Shown: positions 38,486 to 51,811, counted from the stretch's first letter. The stretch: DNA of 64,000 nucleotides from Eledone cirrhosa (GCA_964016885.1 OZ024741.1:360778001-360842000); one strand, 5' to 3'. The notes: generated by a model from the sequence alone, not told the origin. Program-made: numbers and translations.

Positions 38486-41352
38486 TCTATATAAATAAAA
38501 GTTGAATGTCGTCCATCCATGTGTCAGTCCACTGATGGAAGTGGGGTGGTAAGCAATCTATGAAAATCTAGTGTAAAAAAACCAAAGAGCATTGCAACAT
38601 TTGGAAAAGAGGGAGAGGGCGAGGTGTGTGTGTGTGTGTAAATATATGTGTGTGTAAAGGGGAGGAAGGAGGATGGTGAAAAAACTACAGCAAAAACAGC
38701 CAACAGACTTCCAGCTTTTTCCACACTCTGTGTGAGTGTATGTGTGTGTGTTTGTGTGAATATATGTGTGTATTTGTGTGAGTGTATGCCTGGATATGTG
38801 ATGGCAGAACCCGTACGCTCGCCCGCCTGATAGCAAAGACATGAAAACAACTGAAGGAAGGCTACTGCATGCAGGGCCAATGAGTCTCAAGAGGCAAGGG
38901 GAAAACAGTCAGAACAATTACATCAACAAAATACAACCCGCAGTGGTTAAGAATCAAAAGAGGAAAGAGAGAAATGTTTAAAGAGTGCAAGACAAAGACA
39001 AGCTCCCAGAGTTGCCAACGCGAGAGATTAGACAAAGAAAAAACCAGGAGCAAACAGTTGCTGCAGGACTTCACCAATCCTCAGAGGAGAGATGTAAGCA
39101 TCTTGATCAAGATAGGCTGAATATGTTTGACAAAAGTGTAGCACCTTTCAATGGGACTTGGAAAAGATCAACTTTCAACTATGATCCAAAGCATGATTAT
39201 TCTACAGAGAAATTGATTGGTATTGGTGCAATGTCAAAATAGTGCAGTTTTTGTAAAGGAAAAAAATGGGAAAGAGAAACCCTCACTATGTGGCGGAGGC
39301 TTTTTGGCACATCTTCAATTTTCCCATTCATGAGAGGCACCCAACCATCATTCAACTGATCATTTTGCATGAAGTATGTGGTTCAAAATCATTCCAAGAT
39401 TTGATAAGAGTATATGTGTGAACATATGTGAGCATGCTATCAGAAAGGTTTGTTAGAAACTGATGATCATTGGGACCTTGCATTGACTGAAGCATTAGTG
39501 TCATTCTCCAAGGAAACTCCATAACCTTTTTGCCATTATGCTGAACATGTGTCAACTTTGCAGTCCTCGACAACTTTGGATGAAACATCAAGAGGATATA
39601 GCTGGGGACTTGAAGTATGCAGTTCAACATGCAAACCCAGGCATCAATATTCAGTTTTGTGAAGAAATTTTCAATCAACCATTGATTGAAATTGAGGATC
39701 AATTTTGGTCATGGGAGGCAAGAATTGGCAAAAGTCTGGTTCCGGACTGCAATAATCAAAGTGATTTAACTTCAAGAGAGTTTGCAAGAGAGACAAATTA
39801 TGACATCACAAAGTTGGTTACAGTTGTGAATGAACATGAACCTAAACATCTTCCAGAACAATGCTGGGTATATTATGAAATCATTTTGTCAGTCAAGAGG
39901 AATTTTCATTCTTGATGCTCCAGGTGGCAGAGGTAAAGTATTTGTAACAACATTACTTTCCTCCAAGGTGGCAAAAAAGAATTGCACTTGCTGTAACATC
40001 ATCTGGCATTGCTGCCACCCTTCTCCCGGGAGGACGAACAGCTCATTCTGCTTTTAAATTACCGCTAAACCTGGTCACAAATGACAGTCCAATTTGTAAC
40101 AGAAGTGTTGTGCCATGTCACATTGAGGGACAATGGAAGCTCTTGATAAGACCTTACAGGACATAAGAGACAACAATACACCTATGGGAGGAGTTACATT
40201 AGTTTTATCAGGAAACTGCAGACAGAAATTATCAGCCATTTCGAGAGGATCAATAGCTGATGAAATAAAAGCATGCATTAAGTCTTTGCAGCTATGGAAT
40301 AAAGTAAAGAATTTCTGCTTCAATACTAACATAAGAGCTTTATTACACAGGACCAATGTACAGAACAATTTTCAACCCGACACCTTCAAATAGGAAATAG
40401 GGCAGTACCAATTGATGGGTATGGTTATATCAACTTGGCTCATATTGCTATCATGGTGGATTCACCAGCTGAATTGAAGAACAGGGTATTTCCAGACTTA
40501 AGCAATCATTATAATTCATAAAAATGATTGTGTGAAATGGCAATTCTTGCTAAAATAAATGAGACAGTAGCAAGGATTAACCATGAGCTAATGAATAAGA
40601 TTCCAACAGTAATTAAGGTGTACAAATCAGTTGATTCAGTCCTTGATGAAAACCAAGCTGTCCCCTACCCAACAGAGTTTCGTAATTCTCTTGAGCCACC
40701 TGGAACTCCTCCACAGAAACTTTTCCTGAAGTTTGGAGTCCCAATAATGATTCTAAGAAATTTAGATCCTCCTAAATTATGCAACAGGATAAGGTTGACA
40801 TAAGACATTATCACCTAATGTGATTGAAGCTACCATCATCACTGAGTGTACCTCTGGGGAAGACATTTCCATTATAAGAATTCCAATCAAACCAATGGGC
40901 ATGCCATTTGAAATACAATTCCCAGTGCGACTTTGCTTCGCAATGTCTATCAATAAAGCTGGAGGTCAGACTGTGAAATCTACTGGCTTGCACTTAAATT
41001 AGTCTTTCTTTTCTCATGGTCATCTTTATGTTTGTTGCTCCAGGGTGGGTAGTTTACAAGACTTATTTGTCATGCTCTGAACCAGAAAACAAAGAATGTT
41101 GTTTACCCAGAAGATCTGAAGTAATTTCCTTCAACATATGCGGTAGAATTTATCTCCCCTCATAACTGAGATAAATTTTGTATTTTCATTTTTTATTAAT
41201 TTCTGTATTATGAATTCAGAATTGATTTCGCCGTACCCCAATTGAAGAATAAATGGAATTTAGAATAACAAATTTCTATACAACATGTTTTGCTTTCTTC
41301 TAATATATAAGGAACACTTTCATTCCCAAGCAACGCCGGGTGCTTCTTTTAG
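38486..41352 (+). mobile_element. Helitron with decayed Rep/PIF1 helicase, in a SAV1 intron
   Basis: 5' TCTATATAAATAAAAG; LDAPGGRGKVF, SSGIAATLLPGGRTAHSAFKLP, LRNLDPPKLCN, QFPVRLCFAMSINKAGGQT; 3' CCCAAGCAACGCCGGG..TAG. Confidence 0.88.
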
Positions 41353-41504
41353 AAGGCCTGCAGTTGGCCCTTTATCAATTTGTCTGTGTGCCTTTCTGTC
41401 GTACATGGCGCAAAGAGCTTTGTTGTGTAAGCTGTCTTGCTAGAAATGACAACGAAATAAAACCTTAGCTTTTACCACACACACACAGATTGAGTTGTAT
41501 CTAT

Positions 41505-44500
41505 AAGAACGATGCTATAAGCTTTTCTGGGTGGAAAATGACAATTGGCTGGGTGGAGTAGGAATCATGGTAGCAGAAAAGTGGGCAGATAAGATAATAG
41601 ACGTAAATAGAGTGAACGGCAGAATAATTAAAATAAGACTTGTCCTCAATAGAACTACGGTGACAGTAATATCTGCGTACGCACCTCAATCCGGACTCCC
41701 CGGCACTATAAAAGACAGATTCTATGAGACACTGATGCTCACTACCTCCCAAATAACCGACAGTGACTATATAATTATTGCAGGCGACCTAAATGGTCAC
41801 GTTGGACAACATTGTGACGGCTATGACGGAATCCATGGAGGCTATGAGTTTGGTACTAAAAATGAGGAAGGCTCCAGAATCCTGGAATTCTGTGACGCAA
41901 ATAACCTAACTATCTGTAACACTAACTTCAAAAAACGAGACAATCACCTGATCACCTATAGATCGGGGGAACACACAAGCCAGGTAGATTATATCCTTAC
42001 CAGAAGACGTGACGGAGTGTCTGTTGTAAACACTAAATCCCTCCCCCATGAAGAATGCACCTCCCAACATAGACTGATAATTAGCGACCTCATAGTCAGG
42101 ATGAGACGTACTAGACAGCAGAAGAGGACTATCCTCAGGAGAAAAATATGGAAGCTAAAGGACCCCACAGCCAGAAATAAATTTAAAAGTATACTACTTG
42201 ATGCTTTCGACAGTAAGGAAGAGCAATTAGAGTCGTACAATATAGAGGAACAGTGGGAATTCCTGAAAGCAAACCTGCTGATGGCGGCAGACGAAGTCTG
42301 TGGCTGGGGCAGGCCTGTAGGCAGGAGGAGAGTAACATGGTGGTGGAACAGTAAGGTGGAGGAGTCAATTAAGGCCAAAAAGCAGGCTTGGAAAGTATGG
42401 CGGGATGGGGGAAGTAGAGAAGATTATCAAGTGGCCAGGAGGGAAGCTAGGAGACAAGTGTACTTCGCAAGAAGGGAAGCAGAGGAAAGAAAGTTCAAAC
42501 ATGTTCTACAACGTGAGGACCAAAAACGTGAGGTGTTCAGGATTGCTAGGCAATGTGTCAAGGAAAACCGTGATATTGTCGGGGAGAAGTGTGTACTTAA
42601 TGATGATGGCGTACTTGCCATCACTGACGCTGATAAGAAGGTAGCTTGGAAGTGTCACTACGAAAGGTTACTAAATGAAGAGAATAAATGGGAGAAAGAC
42701 AGTCTCCCCCACATCGACCCAATAGAGGGACCAGCAGTGTTAGTCGAAGGTAGTATAATAAGTAAGGCAATCAAAGATTATGAAGACGGGTAAGGCGGCT
42801 AGGCCTTCGGAAATAGTTGCTGAGATGCTGAAAGCCTCTGGAACGATGGGACACACCATGGTCACCCGGATAGTAAACCAAGTCATACAGAATGGGGTTG
42901 TTCCGAAGGACTGGCGTAGCAGCATCATCATTAACTGTTACAAGGGTAAAGGAGATGCCCTAGATAGGAGTAACTATAGAGGCATTAAATTAATCGACCA
43001 GGTCATGAAGGTCACGGAAAAAGTAATAGCACAGCTAATCAGAGAGAGAATTGATCTAGATGAAATGCAGTTCGGGTTTGTGTCAGGCAAAAGTACCACA
43101 GACGCTCTTTTCATTGTACGACAACTACAGGAGAAGTACCTAGCTAAAAGTAAACCCCTATACTTAGCTTTTGTCGACTTGGAGAAAGCCTTCGACAGAG
43201 TCCCCCGTTCCATTATCTGGTGGGCTCTTAGAAAACTAGGTGTTGACGAATGGCTTGTGAGAGCTATACAAGCCATGTATAAAGAAACAGTCAGCAAGGT
43301 TAGAATTAACAACGAATATAGTGAAGAGTTTAGTGTAAAAGTTGTTCATCAGGGCTCTGTTCTTAGCCTCCTACTATTTATTATTGCCCTTCAGGCTATA
43401 ACAGTGGAGTTCAAGACCGGCTGCCCATGGGAACTCCTATACGCAGATGATCTAGCGCTCATAGCTGAATCAATGGCCGAGCTAGAGAAGAAATTCCAAA
43501 CATGGAAGCACGGCCTAGAATCAAAAGGCCTTAAAATTAACCTGGCTAAGACTAAAGTTCTAGTTTGTAGGAAAGAAAATAAGGCACCGGTCCCTTCCGG
43601 GAAATGGCCATGCTCAGTGTGTAGGAAAGGCGTAGGTAGAAACTCCATTTTATGTCCCAAATGCAAAGTATGGGTGCATAAAAGATGTAGTGGGATCACA
43701 GGTAAGCTAACTAAGAACATAGATTTTACATATGGCTGGTGCTCTGGTGCAATAAGTAGCAGCAAGTGCCCACAAAATACTAGCTCTTTCAATTGCGCAG
43801 AGGGTTCTATAGAAATAGTGGACAGCTTCCGTTACCTGGGTGACAAAATCAGCAGTGGGGGAGGGTGCTCTGAAAGTACAGTAGCTAGAATCAGAACTGG
43901 ATGGAAAAAGTTCAGAGAGCTTATACCACTATTAGCCGCTAAAGGGTTCTCCCTAAAAATGAAAGGCAGGTTGTATGATGCCTGCATACGAACAGCAATG
44001 TTGCATGGCAGTGAGACCTGGGCATTGTGTGCAGAGGATATACGCAGACTAGAGAGGAACGAAGCTTGCATGCTCCGCTGGATGTGTAATAATAATATAC
44101 GTGAACGGCAAAGCATAAACGAACTAAGGGAAAAATTAGAAATAAGAGGGATCAGATGTTGTTTACTCGAGAGAAGGCTATGTTGGTATGGTCACATGAT
44201 GCGCATGAAAGACGATAGCTGTATAAAAAAGTGCAGGGCAATAAAGATAGACGGTAGCCACCGAGTAGGCAGACCCAGAAAAACCTGGGACGACCTGATA
44301 AATTCCGACCTCACACACTTACACCTCACCAAGACAATGTCACTGGACCGAGACCTTTGGCGGTACTCAGTAATAGAGAAGACCCGCCTTACCTAAATAC
44401 AAAGTAAACCTACTACAGTCAGTAGGCATCTCTAACAAAATACACCCCCGTCCCACCACCCCCACCCCATCCACACCACCCCTTTCAATGTAAAGTTATG

Positions 44501-44790
44501 TTGGTGCCACAACATCCAGGCCGAAACAAATGAGATTGTGTAGGTGTCACGACAAAAAAACACACCGTCCACGCTGTAATGTGGCCGTGTAGGCAACACG
44601 GTAAAAACCTCCCAGTCCCACACTGTAAATGTGGTTGGTGTTAGGAAGGGCATCCAACTGTAGAAAACCCGCCAGACAGTCCTATGCGAGCAAGACAACC
44701 ACTCTTGCCTCAAGTGGGAAAACTCCCATCCAAACCCATGCCAGCGTGGAACACGGACGTTAAACGATGATGATGATGATGATGATGATG
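41505..44790 (+). mobile_element. RTE-group LINE (APE, RT, PHD-like finger), slightly 5'-truncated, one frameshift near 42780, (GAT)n tail
   Basis: ISAYAPQ, AGDLNGHVG, SQHRL; FVDLEKAFDRVP, LLYADD; CSVC...C..C..WVHKRC; YLGD; tail at 44766-44790. Confidence 0.93.
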
Positions 44791-44891
44791 TAGTACTCTT
44801 TCTGTATCTATGTATTCCTATTTATCTATCAACATTGTGGTAACTGGTTTCGCTAGAAATGACAGTGAAATAAAACACTAGCTTCTAGAAC

Positions 44892-45166
44892 TGTGGGGCT
44901 GTGTGGAGGAGGTGACGTCAGATCTGGACGCTTGACCGGAGGTGGAGGAGGAGTGAGGTGAGATGCGTTTCCGAGGCGGCGTCTGTAGGCTGCGTCTATG
45001 TGTTTCCAAGGCGACGTCCGTAGGGTATCTCTCGCGGTGACTTGGAGAAAGACGGACGTACCAGATTAAGCTGCAGCTGGGCGAATTGATTATAACGACG
45101 AAGATTAATGCACGGCTGTGAGTGAACCATCAGACTCGCGGTAAGTGGAATAGCTTTCTCACCACA
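44892..45166 (+). repeat. 5' LTR (275 bp, TG..CA)
   Basis: Direct repeat of 48777-49016 with an extra 35-bp internal block. Confidence 0.92.
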
Positions 45167-48100
45167 AGCTATTTCGGCACACGAAGACGTACAATTGAAA
45201 AAAAAAAAAAACAAGGGACAAAGGCTATCTTGTTTTATCACTTACCGCAGGACTAAAGAGATGGCGACGAGATTACGGTTGAGCGGTACTTAGAGCTTTT
45301 ACCGGTGAAGGAGACGTTATCGCTTGGATGCGAAAGGTCCAGGTGGTCGCCGAGCTACAAAAGATAGACAATATGGCCGGTCTCATGGCGCTATATCTCG
45401 AGGGGGATGCGCCAGCATTGTACCTCGAGATGGACGAAATCAGCCAGAAGGACGCGCAAAAATTTGAACGGCATATGATGGAAGCGTTTGCAGAAGGTCC
45501 GTGTACCGCGTTTGCCAAGCTGGCAAGGATATGGTCGGAAGGTCAGTGTGTGGATATTTTTGCTGCGGAGATAAGGAGATTGGCCATGCTGGCGGAGTTT
45601 CAGGTCGAGTGCGAGTGTGCAGTGCGGCTGGCATTTATAAACGGATTTCCGGATGACATCGTGGTGAGACTGCAGCAAATACCTGGCTACAAGGAAATGG
45701 AGATGCGTACATTGGTAGAGCAAGCCCGCATCATAGCGGAAGATGCTAAGAAGAGTGTTGCAGCAATAGCGGCGATGGAGGCCCGGGGCAACCGACAGCA
45801 AAATGCCGAAAGGGTGACAAACACGGCGAACAGTCGCCCATGCACGTTTAGGGGCCGTTGTTATAGGTGCCAGGGTGCGCACATGGCGAAAGATTGTAAG
45901 GAGTCGACACCAGACATAATTTGCTACCGGTGTAGGCGGCCAGGCCACATCGCTACCAATTGCGACCAGGGAAACGGTCCAAGGGGAGTTATTGCACCGG
46001 TAGCTACTCCTCGAGTGTTGAGGCGCTGCCTGTGGTGAAAGGAAAGCCATTACAAGCCCTCGTGGACACGGGATGTACAACGACACTGGTGACCACGGGG
46101 GTGGTGGAAAAGTGGAGAGGGAAGAGCATCATAAGGGCAGTTGACAGCAGGAAGATTGAAGGTAGAGGTTGCAGCGAGGTGGAGATGGAGGTAAGGGGAA
46201 AGAGAATTAGGCTTTCAGCCATTGTGGTCGACTGCGTAGTGGATGGAATTGACGTGATTGGGCGATTAGGAGGCGTCACAGTGAACGATGTAGGAGTAAC
46301 ATTTGGTGACGTTGCACCATCATGCACTGAGAGTACGCGTCAGGAGAGCAAAAAGGCCCACGAGGAAAAATATGCCGCTGACACCGTACAGGATAAGGAC
46401 TTCAAGGCCATGTTCAACAGGCAACGATGGATTGCTGAGTGGTACTGGAAGGGAGAACCGCCAACACTGAAGAACAAAGTGGGCTCCTATAAGCACACAC
46501 TGAAAGGAGATACTAGGAGAGAGTTTGAGCGAGAGGTAGAGAGATGGATCGAGGAGGGCATACTGGTTCCCTGGAAGGAGGAGGTGAAGTGTGGGGTGAT
46601 GCTGTTAATGGCTGTGGTGCAACCCACGAAGAACAGGGTGAGACCAGTGTTGGATTTTAGGGAGCTGAACGAACATGTGTTGTGTCGCACAGGTGGTGAG
46701 GTCATGGATGTCTGCGGGGAAACTCTGCGGGAGTGGGGACGTATGACGGAGGCTTCCATGATCGTCGACTTAAAGTCGGCATATCTACAGCTACACGTGG
46801 AGAAGTTGTGACAGTATCAGCTGGGCAGGTATGAGGGCCAGACATATTGCCTGACCAGGCTCAGTTTCGGGCTGAACTCTGCACCAAATGGTGCTGGTCC
46901 TCAAGACCGTTCTTGGAAAGGCCGACAAGATGAAGAAGGACACCAATTCCTACATCGACGCCATCTTAGTGGACGAGACTATAGTGTTGGCGGCGGAGGT
47001 CACAAGTCATTTGCGAGGATACGGATTGACTGCGAAGCCGTCGGAGGCGTTTGAGGGAGGAGCCGCACTAGGACTTAGGCTGTGAAGAGACAAGACAGGC
47101 AGGTTGGTATTTCAGAGGGGAAATGAAGTCCCGGAACTGGGGCCAAACATGAATAGATGGGAACTCTTCTCGGTGTGTGGAAAATTGGTGGGTCACTACC
47201 CAATCGCTCAGTGGCTCCGGACGGCATGCAGCTATGTCAAGAGACGAGCGGACGGGGTTACTTGGAGTGACAAGATGGGAGAGAGGATGATGGCCATGAT
47301 GCAGGAGATCGTGGGGAGGGTGAAGGCCGATGACCCGGTGCGAGGACGCTGGTATGTCCCCGAAACGCAGAGTGGGACCGTATGGTGTGATGCCAGCAGC
47401 ATAGCACTGGGTGTCACGTTGGAGATAGGTGTTGAGGTCGAGGATGCAGCCTGGCTTAGGAAGAAAGATGATTGTAACCACATCAATGTGGCCGAGCTGG
47501 ACGCTCTGTTGAGAGGGGTGAACCTCGCCTTGAGGTGGGGACTGCGCACCATCGAGATTCGCACCGACTCGGCAACTGTACTCGGATGGGTGAGATCAGT
47601 GCTTACCAGTAAAAAGAGAGTGCGAACGAGAGGGGCGGCAGAAATGCTGATAAAGCGCCACCTGGGAACTCTAGGATAGCTGACCACCGAGTTCGGCCTG
47701 AAGTTGAGTGTAGTCTTCGTGCCCTCAGAGAAAAATAGAGCAGACGTCTTAACCAGGGTGAAGAAAGCCTGGATGGAAGCGCTGGAGGACAGAAGAGGGG
47801 ATAGCTGCTGTGTGTCGGCTGAGCGAATTGGACCTTAAAGGGTTGCATGCATGCACCACATGGGAGTGGATAGGACCCTGTTCCTAGCCAGGAAAATCGA
47901 TTCCGACGTTCGCAGAGACAGTGTCCAGAGAGTGGTCAGAGGCTGCGTCCGATGTCAGTCTATCGATCCCGCCCCAGGTGTGCACGAGACGAGAAGTCTC
48001 CCGGTGGATCGCGACTAGAAACGATTGGCGGTGGACGTAATGCACTACCAACAGGGAACATACCTCTCGATGGTTGATTGTGGACCGGGACGGATGGCGA

Positions 48101-48776
48101 TATGGAGGGAAATGAAGATGGGAACTGCAGAAGAAATTACGCAGACGTTGAGAGATATTTTTGGAGTGAGGGCCTGTGGATGAACTGCTGATGGACAACA
48201 GCGCAGCGTTCCGCACTGAGGTGCTGAGGGAGATGCTTGATGGATGGAAGGTGGACCGCTTCTTCAGAGCAGCATACAGGCCGAGCGGAAATGGGATCGT
48301 GGTGCGACACCACCTCACAATCAAAGCAATGGCGGAACGGGGGCACATCTCACTAATGGAGGCAGTGTTTTGGTACATGTCCCCTCGGGTGGGATAGGCT
48401 GAGGAATCGGTGCCACACAGAGCGATATACAAATACGAGTGCCGGCACCTGTGCACGGTACCACAACGGCCAGTAGAGAGAGAGAGCGCATTCGTACACT
48501 GGGCGAGGAAGTCTGGGTTAAGCCCCCAGATGCATGCTGCACATCTCAATGGGGAAAGGGAACGGTAACGGCCGTGAATTCCCAGAATAACATGTCCGTA
48601 GACGGAGTGACACGTCATGTCCTGGATGTCCATAGAATCGTTGTGTTGACGGACTCCGAGGAAGAGGAAATCGAAACTGCCACCCCAACATTACGGAGAT
48701 CGTGACGCGATCGCCGACTGCCTGGGTGGACATGCAGCAGTGTGAGGGGAGATTGATCCTTGAGATCAGGGGGGTG

Positions 48777-49016
48777 TATGGGGCTGTGTGGAGGAGGTGA
48801 CGTCAGATGTGGACGCTTGACCGGAGGCAGAGGAGGAGTGAGGCGAGATGCGTTTCCAAGGCGGCGTCCGTAGGGCATCTCTCGCGGTGACTTGGAGAAA
48901 GACGGACGTATCAGATTAAGCTGCAGCTGGGCGAATTGATTATAACGACGAAGATTGATGCCCGGCTTTGAGTGAACCAGCAGACTCGCAGTAAGTGGAA
49001 TAGCTTTCTCACCACA
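48777..49016 (+). repeat. 3' LTR (240 bp)
   Basis: Follows the polypurine tract and ends CACCACA|GAAC. Confidence 0.92.
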
Positions 49017-49321
49017 GAACACACACACATTGATTTGTATCTATCTATGTATTATTCTTTTTGTCTCTATGTATTCCTATCTATCTCTCGCCAACTACAG
49101 GAAGCATTCTCCAAAGAAGAATGAACTGGATTTGTCTAGTTGAGAGTAAAGTGAGGATACAGCCAAGGAAGGCAGAATAAAAATGGATAATCGCATGTGT
49201 GACATGAATGTTAATTCTCTGACTTCACGGTTAGCTATACTCTGTGATCTATTTATCAATTTCATGTCAGCATGGTTATACTACATGGTGAATAAACTAG
49301 CATAAATAATAATAATAATAA

Positions 49322-49550
49322 TGAAATTATTGTGTACAGTGCTCAGGTGCACTACAACTCATCAAAGGTGCACGTATAGTACATAGAATAATGTACAAAT
49401 GTCAGGAAATTGAACAGTGTATGAGTCATGATATATATGTGTGCATGTGTACAGAGGGGGGGATATCAGGTGTAGTGTTGGCGAATTTCAGGAAGCATGG
49501 AGGTTTTAAAGGATGCAGTGTCTCGACAGCTAACAACTGATGCAGGTAGT
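49322..49550 (-). mobile_element. CR1-like LINE 3' end (second copy at 62176-62430)
   Basis: Minus strand encodes KLPASVVSCRDTASFK..; a near-duplicate lies at 62176-62430. Confidence 0.6.
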
Positions 49551-51007
49551 TTGTATATCCTTGGGCTGACCAATGCCCTGTGAGTTGGTAGATGGAAACT
49601 GTATGGAAGCGTATTGTATGTATATGGGAGTGAGTGTGTGTATATAATATATATCTGAGAAGCTATCGATTACAGAGTTGAGCCCAATCATGATTGATTG
49701 TACCTTGATAATGAAATGCGTGTCATGTGTGAATAAAATACGTATGTGATGCAATCTTGATACTTTGTTCAAGCCTGCTTATTATATATACACACACAAG
49801 GATAAGTCAAAAATTATCCACACTTTCACCATAACATATCTTTAGGTTTGTCACACTGACTTCTGCTCACATGTGCTTATAGTTGGTACTATTGTAGTCA
49901 CGTGATTGAAGTTTGAGCTTGATTATGCCTGTTTTCTTGCTGCTGTTACAGTGTAAATCTGGCCGCTCCACTAGCAGTATCCACCAGGATGTTACCACTC
50001 CATATTCTGTCTTTTGAATTCTGGCTCTTTCTGGTGGACTCATGTTTCATCCCCTATGACGATACTGGATGCACTGCGGAAGAACTGGCAAACGCTATGA
50101 GAGACAGAGATGGATGGAGGAAACGTGTCGTAGAAAGCCGAGCAAGCTCGACCTGATGACTATTTTGCTCAAAATTTTTTCACCTTCAGTGTTGTAGCAG
50201 CCAAGTAAACGTTGGCAGACCTCAATTCATTTTCACTTATGCTCTGTGGTAAGCTCTCTTGGCACCCATCTTGCACAGACTTTATGGAAGCTGAGTTGTT
50301 TGTGGCTGGTTTGATAGACAGAACCATGACTAATCTGCAGAGAACATGCTGCACACTTACTATCATATGTATATTTATTTTGATAAAAAAATTTTTTTTA
50401 AATAGCAGCCTATCAGCTGTATAGCAGATAGCATTGTAAAGGCTGGAAATCACCCTCCCCTCTTCCTCATCTCCCCCAGGTTGTAATGGCCCTTTTGAGT
50501 CCTTGATTCTGAGAACTCTGCTCTACAGTAACAATTTAAAATATCTCACACTACCTAGTTTTGTCCTTCTAGATTCTTAGTTCAAATCCCCTTGAAATCA
50601 ATGATGACATTTATCATACTTGGGTTGTTCATGAAATAGGTAGGTCACTTTCAGTTCCTCTCAAAGGCATAAACATAGTCAAGTGCTTTGTGACCACCAA
50701 TCATGCTTCTCCACACTACTAATGTTGTCTAAGAGAAAAGCAAAGGTTGATATAGCTTGACACGAGTGTCATCATAACTAATTTTGTTCAACTGGGTGGA
50801 CTGGAGCATGCTGCCTAGTTCAGGAATTGAACTAACAACCCTATGATTGTGACCCCTACACCCTAACCACTAGGCCACATGTAATAAGTTCCTGGATTCT
50901 AAACAGCTATACTAGAGTTAAATGAATTCATATCCCTTGTCATTTCAAAAACTTGTCTTGTACCTATATAAGAAACCAAAACCATAGAAATATAAAAGTT
51001 ATCTCAC

Positions 51008-51811
51008 CTTCTCTTATAGATGTTAGTGAACTATCTGGCTTCATCTTTGAATGCAAGGACTGTGGTGAGGGAGGTGGTGGTGCACTTGGTGCATTCGGTG
51101 CAATTGGCTGGTGGTGAGTACCTTGGTTATGAATTGCTCGAGGCAATCCTAATGTATTATTACCCACCACCCGACCAGGATTTGCAGCAGTTTGGCCTGG
51201 CACCAGCAAAGCTCCATGTTGTTGGTGTTGCTGTTGTTGTTGCTGATGATGATGATGATGATGATGTAAACCAACTGGATTTAGTTGTGGGGATGCATTT
51301 CCACTGTGAGGACCCATTTGCTGCTGATTACAAGCTGCAGTTTGATGCCGCTGTTGTGCATTATGGTGCGACTGTGACTGCAGTTTAGGGGAGTCCAGTG
51401 AGTTGGGTCGGTAGTTGGTCAGTGACAGGTTTTCAAAAGCTTGGTTGAAATTAGAAGCCGACCCATAACCAGAAGATGGTCCTGATATGGGAAGAGATGA
51501 TGAAGCTGGTGAGGAAGCAGTATTAAGGTTTTGGTAGATATGGACCATCGGGGGGTTAGAGCCGGAACTGGTGTTGGAGTTAGAGGTGGAGTTTGCATTG
51601 GGGGTGGAAATACCACCTCCACCACCACCACCACCACTAGCACCACTGTGGGAAGTTGGGGAATAATTTGAGGAATGAGCCTTTGGAGATGAAGCATACG
51701 AATGGCCACTATAGGCAAAACTATTTACAGATTGCTGTGGTGCATAAGAGGCCAAGGTTTTCGTACTTCGACGTTGAAATACATTGGTGTGGCGTACAGG
51801 TGTATCATAAT
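51008..51811 (-). CDS. SAV1: Salvador/SAV1 homologue, first visible coding exon (probably exon 2); low-complexity S/G/Q/H-rich N-terminal region
   Basis: Acceptor ttctttctag|AT, donor GAAG|gtgaga; 804 nt, phase 1-1. Reads DYDTPVRHTNVFQRR...SSLTSIRE and splices in frame to the 38366 exon. Confidence 0.8.

Larger units (their letters stand above)
44892..49016 (+). mobile_element. Ty3/Gypsy LTR retrotransposon, full-length structure, decayed ORFs
   Basis: LTRs 44892-45166 and 48777-49016; TSD GAAC at 44888-44891 and 49017-49020. Gag with two CCHC knuckles, protease LVDTG, RT (LDFRELN, DLKSAY, YIDA), RNase H (WCDAS, AEL, TDS), integrase (MDN, GNG); PPT AGGGGGG. Confidence 0.95.

Noticed and set aside
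39538-41002. Host PIF1 helicase gene
   Set aside because: Many stops and frameshifts, bounded by Helitron termini, and located inside a SAV1 intron.
45391-48633. Long minus-strand ORFs over the Gypsy element and the LINEs
   Set aside because: Antisense shadows of GC-richer TE coding sequence with no recognisable domains.
49795-50460. Mariner-like remnants (also near 35100-35450)
   Set aside because: Only a faint resemblance; no paired TIRs or clear transposase motif could be confirmed by eye.
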